Shown piece by piece: positions 54,140-63,826 of a DNA stretch of 64,000 nt. The stretch lies in the IMG/VR virus record IMGVR_UViG_3300010389_000010, positions 2,953-66,952 of that record; one strand, 5' to 3'. This DNA is from a virus. Within the stretch, counting starts at the first letter, position 1; every line of letters starts with the position of its first letter. The notes below the pieces were generated by a model. That model was given only the letters and a program-made list of their open reading frames with translations, did no database searches and was not told the origin of the DNA. A program made the position numbers and the translations under genes.

Positions 54140-54603
54140 TACGCTTCCTCGTGGTCGATGCTGGCAGATTTCAACGTGATGTTGCCATCTGTAATCTTGA
54201 TGCTTGATGCGCCAACCTCGATCAAAATCTCTCCGTCTTTGACGTGGACTTTGGACTCACCGATCGTAAGCATATCCTCATCATCCAGATTGTGGTTCTC
54301 ATCGAACTCGTTGGAATACCCACCAGGGTAAACAACGCCATTGCCAGGCTCACCCGTTGGCGAGAAGAGCATGATCCGTTCACCTACACGCGGTGGGCTC
54401 CAGTGCTTGATCTCACCTGCTCTCGTGGCCCATGGAACCTTTTTGGATTTCATGCCGTCGGTCATTACCCGAACCATCCCCTCATCTGGGAATGTTTCAA
54501 TGACCTCGCCTTCGCGCATTGAGTTATTGATGCGACGGTCATGGTCCATCACAGCCGCTTCGATCTGTCTGATCCTACTGATCAGATCATCAATGCCGCT
54601 CAA
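54139..54603 (-). CDS. Baseplate assembly protein V (short spike)
   Basis: VPWATRAG...WSPPRVGERIMLFSPTG. Confidence 0.9.
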   Translation of the reverse strand: MSGIDDLISRIRQIEAAVMDHDRRINNSMREGEVIETFPDEGMVRVMTDGMKSKKVPWATRAGEIKHWSPPRVGERIMLFSPTGEPGNGVVYPGGYSNEFDENHNLDDEDMLTIGESKVHVKDGEILIEVGASSIKITDGNITLKSASIDHEEA

Positions 54604-55364
54604 AGCGGATCTCCATTGATATCAAGCCAAGTGATCTCGGGAACCATCACAGTGGGGGTGGCGAATTCCATATTCAGCTTGTCGGCAGTGTCATCTGAAT
54701 ACATCTGGTGACGCGCAGAGAGCAACCCAGGCGCTCCAGTAATGCCGGTTGAATACATTTCCTCAAGCGTCTCAGCCAAAAGCTTATACTCGCCACGCCC
54801 TTTCAGCTCTTCAATAAATGCTGCAGCGTATTCTGGCAGTACGCCTGACATAGGATCCTTCAGGACATGAACTTCCCATGTAACCTGCCGGGCTCCAAGT
54901 TTGTTGCCGCTTTCAACTGTCGCACCTCTACGAGAGATCTGAGACTCGACGGAAACGACAACAGACCGGAAAAAATCAGCGGCCAGATTACTTGCCTGCA
55001 TAGCTCTCCATACTTGAGCCTCGAGCATATCCAAGGAAAATTCAATCTCCGAGTCCGTTGTCGGATAATTGAGGCTGTAGGATCCACTCTCAGGATCCAC
55101 GTCGGAAATGATGGCAATCAGCAGTTCGAGCGTGATTGTCATTGTCCTGGTAGTTTTTGCTGTGGTGGCGTGGATAATCGCATCCTTGTCGTAGTCGGTA
55201 TAGACCACGATCATCGGAAGGATCTCTTTATCCTTCACGTTCTCGACAGCTTCAATCTTGGAATCGAATATCCTCTTGCCGGCCAATGTCGGCAAAGGAT
55301 CATCCGTGTAGTTCGATAGCGCCGATACGATCGACCAGCGCAATAGTGAACGGTTCAGGCTCAT
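54600..55364 (-). CDS. Putative tail completion protein
   Basis: Position between head-tail joining and baseplate V; P.IVVYTD motif. Confidence 0.55.
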   Translation of the reverse strand: MSLNRSLLRWSIVSALSNYTDDPLPTLAGKRIFDSKIEAVENVKDKEILPMIVVYTDYDKDAIIHATTAKTTRTMTITLELLIAIISDVDPESGSYSLNYPTTDSEIEFSLDMLEAQVWRAMQASNLAADFFRSVVVSVESQISRRGATVESGNKLGARQVTWEVHVLKDPMSGVLPEYAAAFIEELKGRGEYKLLAETLEEMYSTGITGAPGLLSARHQMYSDDTADKLNMEFATPTVMVPEITWLDINGDPL

Positions 55365-55786
55365 ACTTGGCTACCAATCATGTTCAACCGGCAAACCATC
55401 CTAGACAGACCATCTCGTTGTGTGTCCATGATCTGGAACCTTGGAAGCTCAGGTTTGTCTGGGAATGAGATGATGTCGCCCTGAAAAATCTCGTCTTCAT
55501 CGTCTTCCAAATATATCCTATCGATCGAAACAACTGGCTCTCTTCCCATAAGCAGAGCGCGAAGGTCGTTCGCTTCTCGGTAGGTTTTGCGGACGCCCAT
55601 CTCGACTCCAACTTCTTTGGAGATGAATTCGAAAACACACTTGCCTTCTATCGGATCCCTATCTGTATCGGCAAGGCGGCGTGCGTTTACGGATTCACGT
55701 ACCATCGGGGTAATGATAAACCGGATTGCATTCACACGATCAACTCGGCGAGAAGCAATCCGGTCTAGTCTTTCAAAAGGACTCAT
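55361..55786 (-). CDS. Putative head-tail joining protein
   Basis: Beta-rich; position downstream of capsid genes. Confidence 0.55.
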   Translation of the reverse strand: MSPFERLDRIASRRVDRVNAIRFIITPMVRESVNARRLADTDRDPIEGKCVFEFISKEVGVEMGVRKTYREANDLRALLMGREPVVSIDRIYLEDDEDEIFQGDIISFPDKPELPRFQIMDTQRDGLSRMVCRLNMIGSQV

Positions 55787-55794
55787 TCAGAAGA

Positions 55795-56139
55795 TCACTT
55801 CTTTTTCGAGTTCTTTGGTTTTTCGGATTCAGATCCTTCGATCTCGGCCGTAACATCAGGGGCATCAGGATCTTCATCGCCGCCTTCCTGAGTTTCTTCA
55901 CCAGTTTGATCTGGATCATTGTCACCGCCTTCAGGTGATTTGCCTGGATCTTCGCCAGCACCTTCAGACTTTTCGATTTTGTGTTCGACCTCTTCACCGT
56001 TTTCATCGACGGCAACAAGAAGACCAACCCTGACAAGCATGTCAGCTGCTTCAGGTTCCATTCTGTGAACGGATCCAGCTGATACTTGCTTTCCGAATAG
56101 CACCGTCCGCAACGGAGCTTTGTAGAGACGTTCAGTCAT
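55795..56139 (-). CDS. Hypothetical protein with acidic low-complexity tail
   Basis: GGAAGG RBS before MTERL. Confidence 0.7.
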   Translation of the reverse strand: MTERLYKAPLRTVLFGKQVSAGSVHRMEPEAADMLVRVGLLVAVDENGEEVEHKIEKSEGAGEDPGKSPEGGDNDPDQTGEETQEGGDEDPDAPDVTAEIEGSESEKPKNSKKK

Positions 56140-56198
56140 GTGTGTTCCTTCCAGGGGGTTAGGGGCAGCCATTACAGCTGCCCCGGTTCAATCGGATC

Positions 56199-56531
56199 TT
56201 AGAAGCTGCTGTTGAGGCGAACTTCACCTGAGCCGCTTGGGTTGGCAGCAGCAGTGATCGCAACGCCGACTTTGGTATTGTCGGTTGCAACCTTTGTGAT
56301 GATGCCAGGATCAGCGTCCCAATAGATTGGATCGCCAACAACCCATGCTTCAGCCGACACTTTTGCCAACTCGTAGCAACCGCCGGTCTGCAGTTCGAAT
56401 TCATCCCCTTCGTCTGCAGATGTTGCAGCAACGCCGAAGATTGAACCGATCATGACAAACGTACCGGAAACGACACCGCCAGAAGGCGCTACGCAAGTCA
56501 GTACATTGCCAGGTTTGATGAAGGTTTTCAT
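56199..56531 (-). CDS. DUF2190-family capsid accessory protein
   Basis: MKTFIKPG...GGVVSG...FGVAA...VGDPIYWD. Confidence 0.88.
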   Translation of the reverse strand: MKTFIKPGNVLTCVAPSGGVVSGTFVMIGSIFGVAATSADEGDEFELQTGGCYELAKVSAEAWVVGDPIYWDADPGIITKVATDNTKVGVAITAAANPSGSGEVRLNSSF

Positions 56532-56557
56532 TTTGCTTGTTCCTTGTAAGTGGAATG

Positions 56558-56578
56558 GAAAGGGGCCCGAAGGCCCCT
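56558..56578 (-). terminator. Putative terminator after the major capsid gene
   Basis: AGGGGCC-TTCG-GGCCCCT followed by a short TTCC tail. Confidence 0.55.
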
Positions 56579-56604
56579 CAGTTCATCCGGCTTTAACCGT
56601 TAGG

Positions 56605-58833
56605 TTAAGCGCCTGGCTGTTTGTAGAAGCCGCGGAAGTCGATCGGAGCTGCGCCGAAGTCGTGGCGAACTTTGATCTCCATGCCGTCCACATCGAACCC
56701 AACGCGGGTTTCAGTGTACGGAGCTTCGTTGCCTTCGAGGTACGCATACTCGATCGTGTCGATCAGCGAAGGTGCTGCGACAAGATAGAATGCGGTAGCG
56801 CTCTCAGCTGAAAGCTTGGACTCCTCGATCGGTGTCAGGGACTGCACCCAACTTGGGCGAACATCCGCTTCCTTGGTTGCCTGGATTTGTCCAAAGATCT
56901 GGGCAACTTCCATGGAAAGCTCCGGAGGATACAGCAGGAATGATGGTGAGACGTCGATCAGATCGCGCTCATCAAGATCCTTCTGTTTGCCCATGATCAC
57001 CCGGCCGGCGTTGATTGACGCCGTGCTCAGTGCAGCAATAGCAGCACCTGCAGCCAAGTTGTTGTGAGCGGCGGAGAACAGAGCGTTACCGTCACCCATA
57101 ACGACGTTGGAGGTAATCAGATCCCAGACTGTCTTGGACTCGAGCCGGGCAACAGATGCACCGAATTTCTGTCCAAGACTGCCGATCACGCCGAGATCAT
57201 CGTTGATCAGAAGCTGGCGGGTAACACCGATGATGCGACCGTAGGTGGCGATCCGGTATTTCTCTTTGCCTTCGCTCAGAGTGGTACGGGTGTACTCACC
57301 ATGCTCGTTGACCTTTTTGAGATCGCCAACTTCACCAACCTGCACTCGGTGCATGTCGCGGAAATCCGATGCCGAGGATTGACGGCAGAAAGGCTGGAAA
57401 GTCTGCGGCAGTGCCTGATAACCCTGCAAGAGAACGCGGTTGGTGACCTGTTCCATGATAATCGGGAAATCAGAGGTTGAGTGGAAAGCACGGCTGGCAA
57501 GATCTGTACGACTCATGCCGCGAGTGCTGTTGCCGTTGCGGCGTTCACATTCCCGGACAATCTCCAGGAGAGGCAAGCCACGCCATTCACGAGCACCTTC
57601 TTCAAGTGTGACGGTGCGAGGGTCAAGGCGGTGGCTGAGCGCGTTCACGATCATTGAGCGACGGGTATCAACCTCGTCACGAACGATCTCGAAAGGAGCG
57701 TGCTCGAAAGTCTCGGAATGAGACTGGCGCTCTGCGACTGCTTCGAGAGCAAGGTCGCGGAATGCTTCGACGCTGGTACCGTCAAGCTCATGCTTGCGGA
57801 TCAGGTCTTCCTTCATACCAAGGCGGTTGCCCAGGCTGCGGATCTCACTGGTCCGTTTGCGCTCAGCTGTACGAGCTTCGCTTGCTGCCTCATTGGCGAT
57901 TTCACGAGCGCGGGTTTCATCCACGCCAGTTGATCGCTGTTGGCCATCGGAGCGGTTGTTCTTGGCGGCGTCGTCGTCAGCGCGTTTCTTCGCTGCGTCG
58001 TCGTCAGCCTTCCGGGAAGCTTCAGCAGCTGCAGTAGCGGCAGCCTCATCTTCCTTGCGCTTGTCGTCTGCAGATTTGGTTTCTGCCTCGATGGTGGATG
58101 TCAGGCGTTTGCGAAGATCTTCATCGCTTTCACCGTCTTTCCGGACCAGGTCGTAAAACCTGGCCATGCCTTCGAGCTTTTCGCCAGCCGCTTCTTTAAC
58201 GGCTTTCAATTTGTCGGTCATGGTTCTGACTTCCTTGTTTGTTGCCGATGGGACGGCTGGTTGGTCATCGTGCCGGACCACGATGCAATCAAACATTTCG
58301 CTTTGATCAGATGACCTGATCTTTGCGGCCGGGTCGGCTGGTATTGCTACCGCCGATATTTCCAAGGGTTCCCAATCGGTCGCCCTGAGAATTGGTATCT
58401 GGTCACCTTCACCCTCTTCCTTCTCGTACTTGTGAATGCGGTAACCGACGGAAATGCTGGAGATGATGCCGTCTCTGATGTCTTGGACAACGCCCTTGAC
58501 TTCATCGCGGCCAGAAAGGCGGATGGAGCAAACGCCACTGCCTTTGACGATCTTTGCCGTTCCAGGAACTACCGTTCCAATGACACGGCTGAGATCCCAG
58601 GAGTCGTGACTGTCCAACACAGGAGCGCCACTGTTCATGCGATCGAGCCTGATATCGGCAGGCTTCATGGAAAGTTCTTCCATGTACTCGCCATGCTCAT
58701 ATGAGCGGCGGCGAACGCCAGCTCCGGTAGACCAGATCACTTCAACGGTGTTGTCTTCCTCATTGAAGCTTTCGGCACGGATGAGCGCCGGGTTATAACC
58801 GCGCCCCACCTTGATTTGCTCAGTTCGGCTCAT
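56605..58833 (-). CDS. Fused prohead protease-scaffold-major capsid protein
   Basis: N-terminal APVLDSHD, SVGYRI, WEPLEISAV; charged linker; C-terminal TSDFP, TYGRIIGVTRQ, EYAYLEG, KVRHDFG. Confidence 0.92.
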   Translation of the reverse strand: MSRTEQIKVGRGYNPALIRAESFNEEDNTVEVIWSTGAGVRRRSYEHGEYMEELSMKPADIRLDRMNSGAPVLDSHDSWDLSRVIGTVVPGTAKIVKGSGVCSIRLSGRDEVKGVVQDIRDGIISSISVGYRIHKYEKEEGEGDQIPILRATDWEPLEISAVAIPADPAAKIRSSDQSEMFDCIVVRHDDQPAVPSATNKEVRTMTDKLKAVKEAAGEKLEGMARFYDLVRKDGESDEDLRKRLTSTIEAETKSADDKRKEDEAAATAAAEASRKADDDAAKKRADDDAAKNNRSDGQQRSTGVDETRAREIANEAASEARTAERKRTSEIRSLGNRLGMKEDLIRKHELDGTSVEAFRDLALEAVAERQSHSETFEHAPFEIVRDEVDTRRSMIVNALSHRLDPRTVTLEEGAREWRGLPLLEIVRECERRNGNSTRGMSRTDLASRAFHSTSDFPIIMEQVTNRVLLQGYQALPQTFQPFCRQSSASDFRDMHRVQVGEVGDLKKVNEHGEYTRTTLSEGKEKYRIATYGRIIGVTRQLLINDDLGVIGSLGQKFGASVARLESKTVWDLITSNVVMGDGNALFSAAHNNLAAGAAIAALSTASINAGRVIMGKQKDLDERDLIDVSPSFLLYPPELSMEVAQIFGQIQATKEADVRPSWVQSLTPIEESKLSAESATAFYLVAAPSLIDTIEYAYLEGNEAPYTETRVGFDVDGMEIKVRHDFGAAPIDFRGFYKQPGA

Positions 58834-60364
58834 TGCCATCTCCATTTGCGTTAGGATCCTGGCCCCATTGGATTTGCCCGTTGACGGCCACACGACGAGG
58901 ATCTGAATCGAGAACAACTTCGTTGTCATCCAAGATCTTGTTCATCTCGATGATCTCTTTCATCACCTGGTCTGGATTACGTCCGGACTTGGCGATGACA
59001 CTCTTCAGGGATTTCTTGCCCATACGAATGTTCAAGAGATCCGCCCGGGCATCATCGATCGGTTGGATGTCTTCGAACTCTGGGGGCTGCCACTCACAAG
59101 GATAATCACCTTCAGGCAAAGCACCTACGGCGATCGCCATATCGATAAACCAATCCCATGTTGGCTGGCAGAATGAGTGGATAATGACGTTGTGCTGGAT
59201 CGATGTGACCAGCCTGCGGAAATTCAACATGCCGATGCGGCCGGTGGCAAAGTTTGCCTGGCTCCAGTCTCCGGTCAGCAATTCGTATGGCATGCGCGAA
59301 CCGTTGGCGATGCGACGGTACTGCGTGCGCAAGTACATCTCCATGCCAACAGAGATGGCAGGGTTGTTGAACTTTACGTCCTTGCCGTTCTCCAGATATG
59401 CAAACATACCTGGTTCGAAGCGCTCGATCGGAAAACCGTTTGCATCGGTGACACCGTTGGACTTGTTGCTGTCTCCATCAACTGTCTCTTCAAGGCCAAG
59501 ATCCGGAACCTCGTTGTCGCCAGGTATGACAACACCGACGACACAAGCTTCGATCTTCTTCCTGACAGCTTCTGACTGGTTGTACTCATCAACATCCCTC
59601 AGGGGAATGATGCATGAAGCCAACCATGGAGCACCGCGTACCTGTGTGCGGTTCTTCTCGTAAACGTGGCAGATCTCGGAACTCGGAACGAATTTCGATT
59701 GATTGCTGAATACAGACATATCTCCAGATCCTGGATGGTTCTGGTGCATCCAGTATCCACGGCGACGGCCGATCACATCGAACTCGATTCCGTTCACAAC
59801 CGATCGGCTACGTTTTGGATCTGACTGTCTGGTCTCGTCAATGAATTCAGGCTCGAGCACCTGAAGCTGCAATGGGATCCTCAGATTGTCCTGTGGTCTG
59901 CGAACACGCCGACGGACAAGAACCTCACCACTTTCAACCATGGTACGGGCGACCAGGTTCTGGATCCCGTAAAAGTCCATCGTGCCATCGCTGTAGCAAT
60001 TCTTTGCCCAAGCAGCGAACAGATCATCGACAAGCCGGTTGCGATCTGCATCTGGTCCGGATGACCTTGGCTTGATACCTGTTCCAACAAGATAGTTGGC
60101 CCATGTGCTGACAATGCCGGTTGCGGTCGGATTGTTCCGAACAAGATCCCTGGAGCGATCTCTCAGTGTGCGACTGGCTGCGGATATCTCGACATCGGCA
60201 GATGATGACGTTGTCCGCCAGTTCTGCGTGCGACGACCCCTTGATGCCCCGTCATACTTGCGAAAATTCGCACCTTCGAGGATTTCCATGCGCTTACGTG
60301 CAGAGACACGCTTGAGACCAGCCGACGGGCTGACATATGAGACAAGTCTGTCGAAGATGTTCAT
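58820..60364 (-). CDS. Lambda-family portal protein
   Basis: YDGASRGRRT, RSRDLVRNNP, LQLQVLEPE, GIEFD..GRR.GYW, RG.PWL. Confidence 0.95.
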   Translation of the reverse strand: MNIFDRLVSYVSPSAGLKRVSARKRMEILEGANFRKYDGASRGRRTQNWRTTSSSADVEISAASRTLRDRSRDLVRNNPTATGIVSTWANYLVGTGIKPRSSGPDADRNRLVDDLFAAWAKNCYSDGTMDFYGIQNLVARTMVESGEVLVRRRVRRPQDNLRIPLQLQVLEPEFIDETRQSDPKRSRSVVNGIEFDVIGRRRGYWMHQNHPGSGDMSVFSNQSKFVPSSEICHVYEKNRTQVRGAPWLASCIIPLRDVDEYNQSEAVRKKIEACVVGVVIPGDNEVPDLGLEETVDGDSNKSNGVTDANGFPIERFEPGMFAYLENGKDVKFNNPAISVGMEMYLRTQYRRIANGSRMPYELLTGDWSQANFATGRIGMLNFRRLVTSIQHNVIIHSFCQPTWDWFIDMAIAVGALPEGDYPCEWQPPEFEDIQPIDDARADLLNIRMGKKSLKSVIAKSGRNPDQVMKEIIEMNKILDDNEVVLDSDPRRVAVNGQIQWGQDPNANGDGNEPN

Positions 60365-60594
60365 TCTAGGCCACTGCCCCAACTTGCGAGGCCGACCCGT
60401 TTGCGCTTGCGCCCGGTTTCAGCATTACAAATTTCATCCTCGAGATCCTTTGCGATTTGACGCATCTCGGCCAATGACCGGTAGGTCACGTCGCGTTCGT
60501 TGAATTTTACTCTGAGGGCGCCGGTGTAGATGGCCTCTCTCAATTCCTTGAGAAGTTCCTTCTTTTCCTCAACTGTCATTCCATCAGCTGCCAT
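60361..60594 (-). CDS. gpW-like head completion protein
   Basis: LREAIYTGALRVKF..R.VTYRSLAEM. Confidence 0.9.
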   Translation of the reverse strand: MAADGMTVEEKKELLKELREAIYTGALRVKFNERDVTYRSLAEMRQIAKDLEDEICNAETGRKRKRVGLASWGSGLE

Positions 60595-62653
60595 CCCAAT
60601 AGCTTCCTTCTTGATCGAGCCAGCCTGGACGCTTCTGAGGTTTGCTCTTGCGTTCTTGGCTCTCAGCCTCGGTGTCTGGTTTAGTGCCCTGGGCGGCTAC
60701 CGCCTTACTCGAGATCCGGGCCGGTGGACCATCGGGCAGGTTGAAAAGGTTCAACATCATTGCGCCGGCCGCTTGCATGGACTCACAGTCAAGGAAGTGG
60801 TTTTCCTTTGATCGTTGAACCCATCGAACTTTACCGGACGGTGTCTTCAGCCTTGCTTCAGAAACAATCTGCCGGCAGTAGTCATCGGTGACATCGATCG
60901 GCAAATTCCATGCGCCGATCTCACTCTCCCAACGAATTCGCTCGTGAACCCATGATTTGAAGAAATCAGTGTCCAGGGTTGAAAGCGTCAGGCCTTTCTT
61001 GAAATCCTTGCCCTTCAGCGTGATGTCGATCTTGTTTGTCAGGATCGGCTTACGCATGACGTTTGATGCACCGCGCACCGCACGAACCCGGTTCGGATAT
61101 CGTTTGGCGAACTCATACACCCGGTGATGTGGTACCAGCTCTTTCTTGCCTGGCCGGTAACCGGAGTCGACCAGTGCAAACCTGATCGGGATCCCATCCC
61201 AGGTTTCTTCAAGCAGATGGTCTAGTGACAACCAGACATCATCCTGAGCGGTGTCTCCGTAAAGCTCGGCCGCTCGTATCAGCCAGCTTGTTCCTTTGAC
61301 GCCCCATCCCCTGACAACGTACACAAGCCGATCCTTCTGGACGTCGACTGTTGCAAGAAGGATCCGGACACCTTCCGGGATGTCGTTGGTCTGATAACCA
61401 ACTCTCAGTTCCTTGATCTCTGAAGCTTCAGGAACCTCACCGCCACCAGGTGCATACAATTCAGCGAAGCCGCCGTTGATGACCGTCTTGACCTGCTCCT
61501 GGTCTCCGCTGCGTACAGCTTCGACATATCGGGCAGCACGTTCGTTCCATGAAACGAATGGACTGCAGAGACCGGACACCCAAAGTGAAAACGTCCATGT
61601 GTCCGGTGGATCACCTTCGACCTGGCCGTCTTTCGTTACCCATTGCCCTTTCGCGATCGCAACCGCACGATTGTTCATCCATTCCTTGGACTCATCGTGG
61701 ATGATGCAGCCGTTCTTTGGGCAGACCAGATGCGCTGTCTTGTGAGCAAGCATCGGATCAGATTTCATGTCATTGCCGCGTTCGTCCTTCGGCTTCTCCC
61801 AAGAGAGGCACTTGAACCGCGGGACAAAGAATTCGTTGCAGTGTGGGCAAGGCCAAGCCCAATGGTGCATCGTTCCGGTTTCGAATACTTGCCAGACCTT
61901 GGACTCGATGACGTTGTCTTCCGATCTCACCCAGAACTCCAATCCGGTCAATTCGTCTATCTCTGTGTCAGATGTTCCCTTCGAAGGCGTCGAGACAATC
62001 GCATGCACAAAGTCCGCATATGTGTCTCCACGTACATCGATCAGCGATATTGGATCGCCAGCGCCTTTGACGTTTGCCAGGAGCTCGTCCGCTTCATCCG
62101 TCACACACATACCGAACGGATCCGATTTCAGTGCTGACGATGATCCACCATGGGCCAAGCGAAGATTGACTCCTGAGATCACCTTTTTCGTTTTGGTAGA
62201 TCTCTTTGTGGTGCTAATCAGGTTTCGAAGCGGCGTACCTGTCAGGAGCTCATCGATCCTTGGCTCCCACTGCTCGATCAAGAAATTCCTGGTCGGGCCG
62301 GTGTAAAGGATCGGAACCGGTGAATTGTATAACCGCTGGCCGATGATATCGAGCAGCGCCTCGGATTTCCCAGACTGACCTGAGATGACCAGAGCGCAAC
62401 GCTTGTAAACTCTCTTGTGTACCTCATCACAGAACGGGATGACGTAACGTGTTAGCTCCGGATCCCTTGGACCAGGAACACCGGACGTCTCCGGGTACTC
62501 ACGAAATTTCGCGCCCCATTCACTCGGCGTCATCCTCTGGGTCGGCTTGATCAATATCGAAGCCCGTTTCCAGAGATCTCCGAGCACCTGAGAATTGCTT
62601 CTCAAGTCTAGCTTTCGAATCGTCGATGATGCTTTCGATTCTTTGTCGCTCAC
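60584..62653 (-). CDS. terL: Terminase large subunit, GpA family (start uncertain)
   Basis: GQSGKSE, DEADE, STP, WAWPCPHC, ATVDVQKDR, VDSGY, ENHFLDC. Confidence 0.95.
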   Translation of the reverse strand: MSDKESKASSTIRKLDLRSNSQVLGDLWKRASILIKPTQRMTPSEWGAKFREYPETSGVPGPRDPELTRYVIPFCDEVHKRVYKRCALVISGQSGKSEALLDIIGQRLYNSPVPILYTGPTRNFLIEQWEPRIDELLTGTPLRNLISTTKRSTKTKKVISGVNLRLAHGGSSSALKSDPFGMCVTDEADELLANVKGAGDPISLIDVRGDTYADFVHAIVSTPSKGTSDTEIDELTGLEFWVRSEDNVIESKVWQVFETGTMHHWAWPCPHCNEFFVPRFKCLSWEKPKDERGNDMKSDPMLAHKTAHLVCPKNGCIIHDESKEWMNNRAVAIAKGQWVTKDGQVEGDPPDTWTFSLWVSGLCSPFVSWNERAARYVEAVRSGDQEQVKTVINGGFAELYAPGGGEVPEASEIKELRVGYQTNDIPEGVRILLATVDVQKDRLVYVVRGWGVKGTSWLIRAAELYGDTAQDDVWLSLDHLLEETWDGIPIRFALVDSGYRPGKKELVPHHRVYEFAKRYPNRVRAVRGASNVMRKPILTNKIDITLKGKDFKKGLTLSTLDTDFFKSWVHERIRWESEIGAWNLPIDVTDDYCRQIVSEARLKTPSGKVRWVQRSKENHFLDCESMQAAGAMMLNLFNLPDGPPARISSKAVAAQGTKPDTEAESQERKSKPQKRPGWLDQEGSYWDGS

Positions 62654-63026
62654 GAGGTTGCCTTGTTACCTTTGCTGGTATCGCGCTGAGTGCCGTGAGA
62701 TACGATCCGCAGATCGCATCAACAATCGAGATGGCATCAGCAAGGGGGATGATCTCTCTCGACTGGACAGCCAGCTTCCTTTCGATCTCCAGTGCTTTCG
62801 CTTCCTGGAGACGATTTGGCTTGTTGGCCTTCTGAGCCGCCGCCGCCGTCGAGATCTTGAAGTTCATGTACTCAGAGATACCCTTCTTCAGGACGTATCC
62901 CTTTTTTGTCGGTGGGCTGAGCGTTCCATCCTTGACCAGCTGGTTGATCCTCACCCGGTGCAAACCAAGTGCCGATGCCAGCTCGATCTGTGAAACGAAC
63001 CGCTCTCCGAAATCTTCTCCGCTCAT
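62520..63026 (-). CDS. terS: Terminase small subunit (Nu1-like)
   Basis: N-terminal HTH SQIELASALGLHRVRINQL followed by coiled coil; upstream of terL. Confidence 0.85.
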   Translation of the reverse strand: MSGEDFGERFVSQIELASALGLHRVRINQLVKDGTLSPPTKKGYVLKKGISEYMNFKISTAAAAQKANKPNRLQEAKALEIERKLAVQSREIIPLADAISIVDAICGSYLTALSAIPAKVTRQPRERQRIESIIDDSKARLEKQFSGARRSLETGFDIDQADPEDDAE

Positions 63027-63706
63027 ATCAACTTCCTGAGCAATTTGTTCATCTGGGTTTCCAACTCCTTCGGACCAAACGTCATGAAGGTTGTCAGAGC
63101 CTGATCCTTGCTGAGTTCCTTGCCGAGCGCCGGACCATACAACCGACGAACCCGGAAGCCCTGCCGGCCGCTCTTGGCAAATTTACCTTCACCGTCACGA
63201 GGCTGGCCTTCCTTCTTGCCGAAGGTCCAGAATGCTTTTGGTAGTCTGGCAGATCCGTTGCCAGGGATGAGCGAGAACAATCCGCCGTTGCTTTCAAACG
63301 AACGCTTGAATGTCCTGGGCGCATTCCAGACACCAGACTTGACGAAGCCAGCATCACTGAGCGACCTGCCGGCGTTCATTGCCTTGGCCGCCTGGCCGCC
63401 GCTCTTCAAAACTCGAAGGCCTTTGTAGATCTCGACGTCGCTACCCTTGGCCGATGCCGTGATCCTGAAGCTCAAGGATCCTTTGTTGCCGATGCCTCGA
63501 GTGTTTGCCACGACGTAACTCTGGTAGTTGCCACTCTTCAGCGCCATCTGCTGAGCTGCCGCTCTCTGGACGCGCGTTTTGGTTTTACGTCCGGCGTCTA
63601 CCAATCGGTGGTAAGCCTGCTGCTTCCAGCCGGCGTTTGTGAAGATCGTAACCCGTTGAGTTAAACGGGTAAAATCCTGGGCACGCCACGTCACAATCAA
63701 TGTCAA
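63023..63706 (-). CDS. Conserved phage protein (gpZ-like), first gene of the late operon
   Basis: AG.KTKTRVQRA..., RRLYGPALGKE; TTG start 8 nt after GGAG. Confidence 0.55.
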   Translation of the reverse strand: MTLIVTWRAQDFTRLTQRVTIFTNAGWKQQAYHRLVDAGRKTKTRVQRAAAQQMALKSGNYQSYVVANTRGIGNKGSLSFRITASAKGSDVEIYKGLRVLKSGGQAAKAMNAGRSLSDAGFVKSGVWNAPRTFKRSFESNGGLFSLIPGNGSARLPKAFWTFGKKEGQPRDGEGKFAKSGRQGFRVRRLYGPALGKELSKDQALTTFMTFGPKELETQMNKLLRKLI

Positions 63707-63782
63707 CTTGCCATCTCCTGCCTAACCTACTGATTGAATACGTAAATTCGAAATCAAAAATAACCGAAAACGCTCAAATACT

Positions 63783-63826
63783 GCGCTGCGCCCGACCCGC
63801 GGTGGGGTGTACCATGGAAAGAACCT
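63783..63826 (-). other. Putative cos region
   Basis: Minus strand AGGTTCTTTCC...CCGCGGG...GCGCAGCGC resembles lambda cosQ-cosN (GGGTCCTTTCC...CGCGGG), upstream of the terminase operon. Confidence 0.45.

Noticed and set aside
53855-54603. Type VI secretion system or tailocin, suggested by PAAR and spike genes
   Set aside because: They sit in a complete phage morphogenesis operon with head and terminase genes
55374-55385. Extra copy of the leader core CAATCATG
   Set aside because: It lies antisense within a late gene and lacks the downstream AAGGAG; treated as a chance match
56199-56531. RecA/RadA recombinase label often attached to this family
   Set aside because: Only 110 aa, no Walker motifs, and located after the capsid gene; it is a DUF2190 capsid accessory protein
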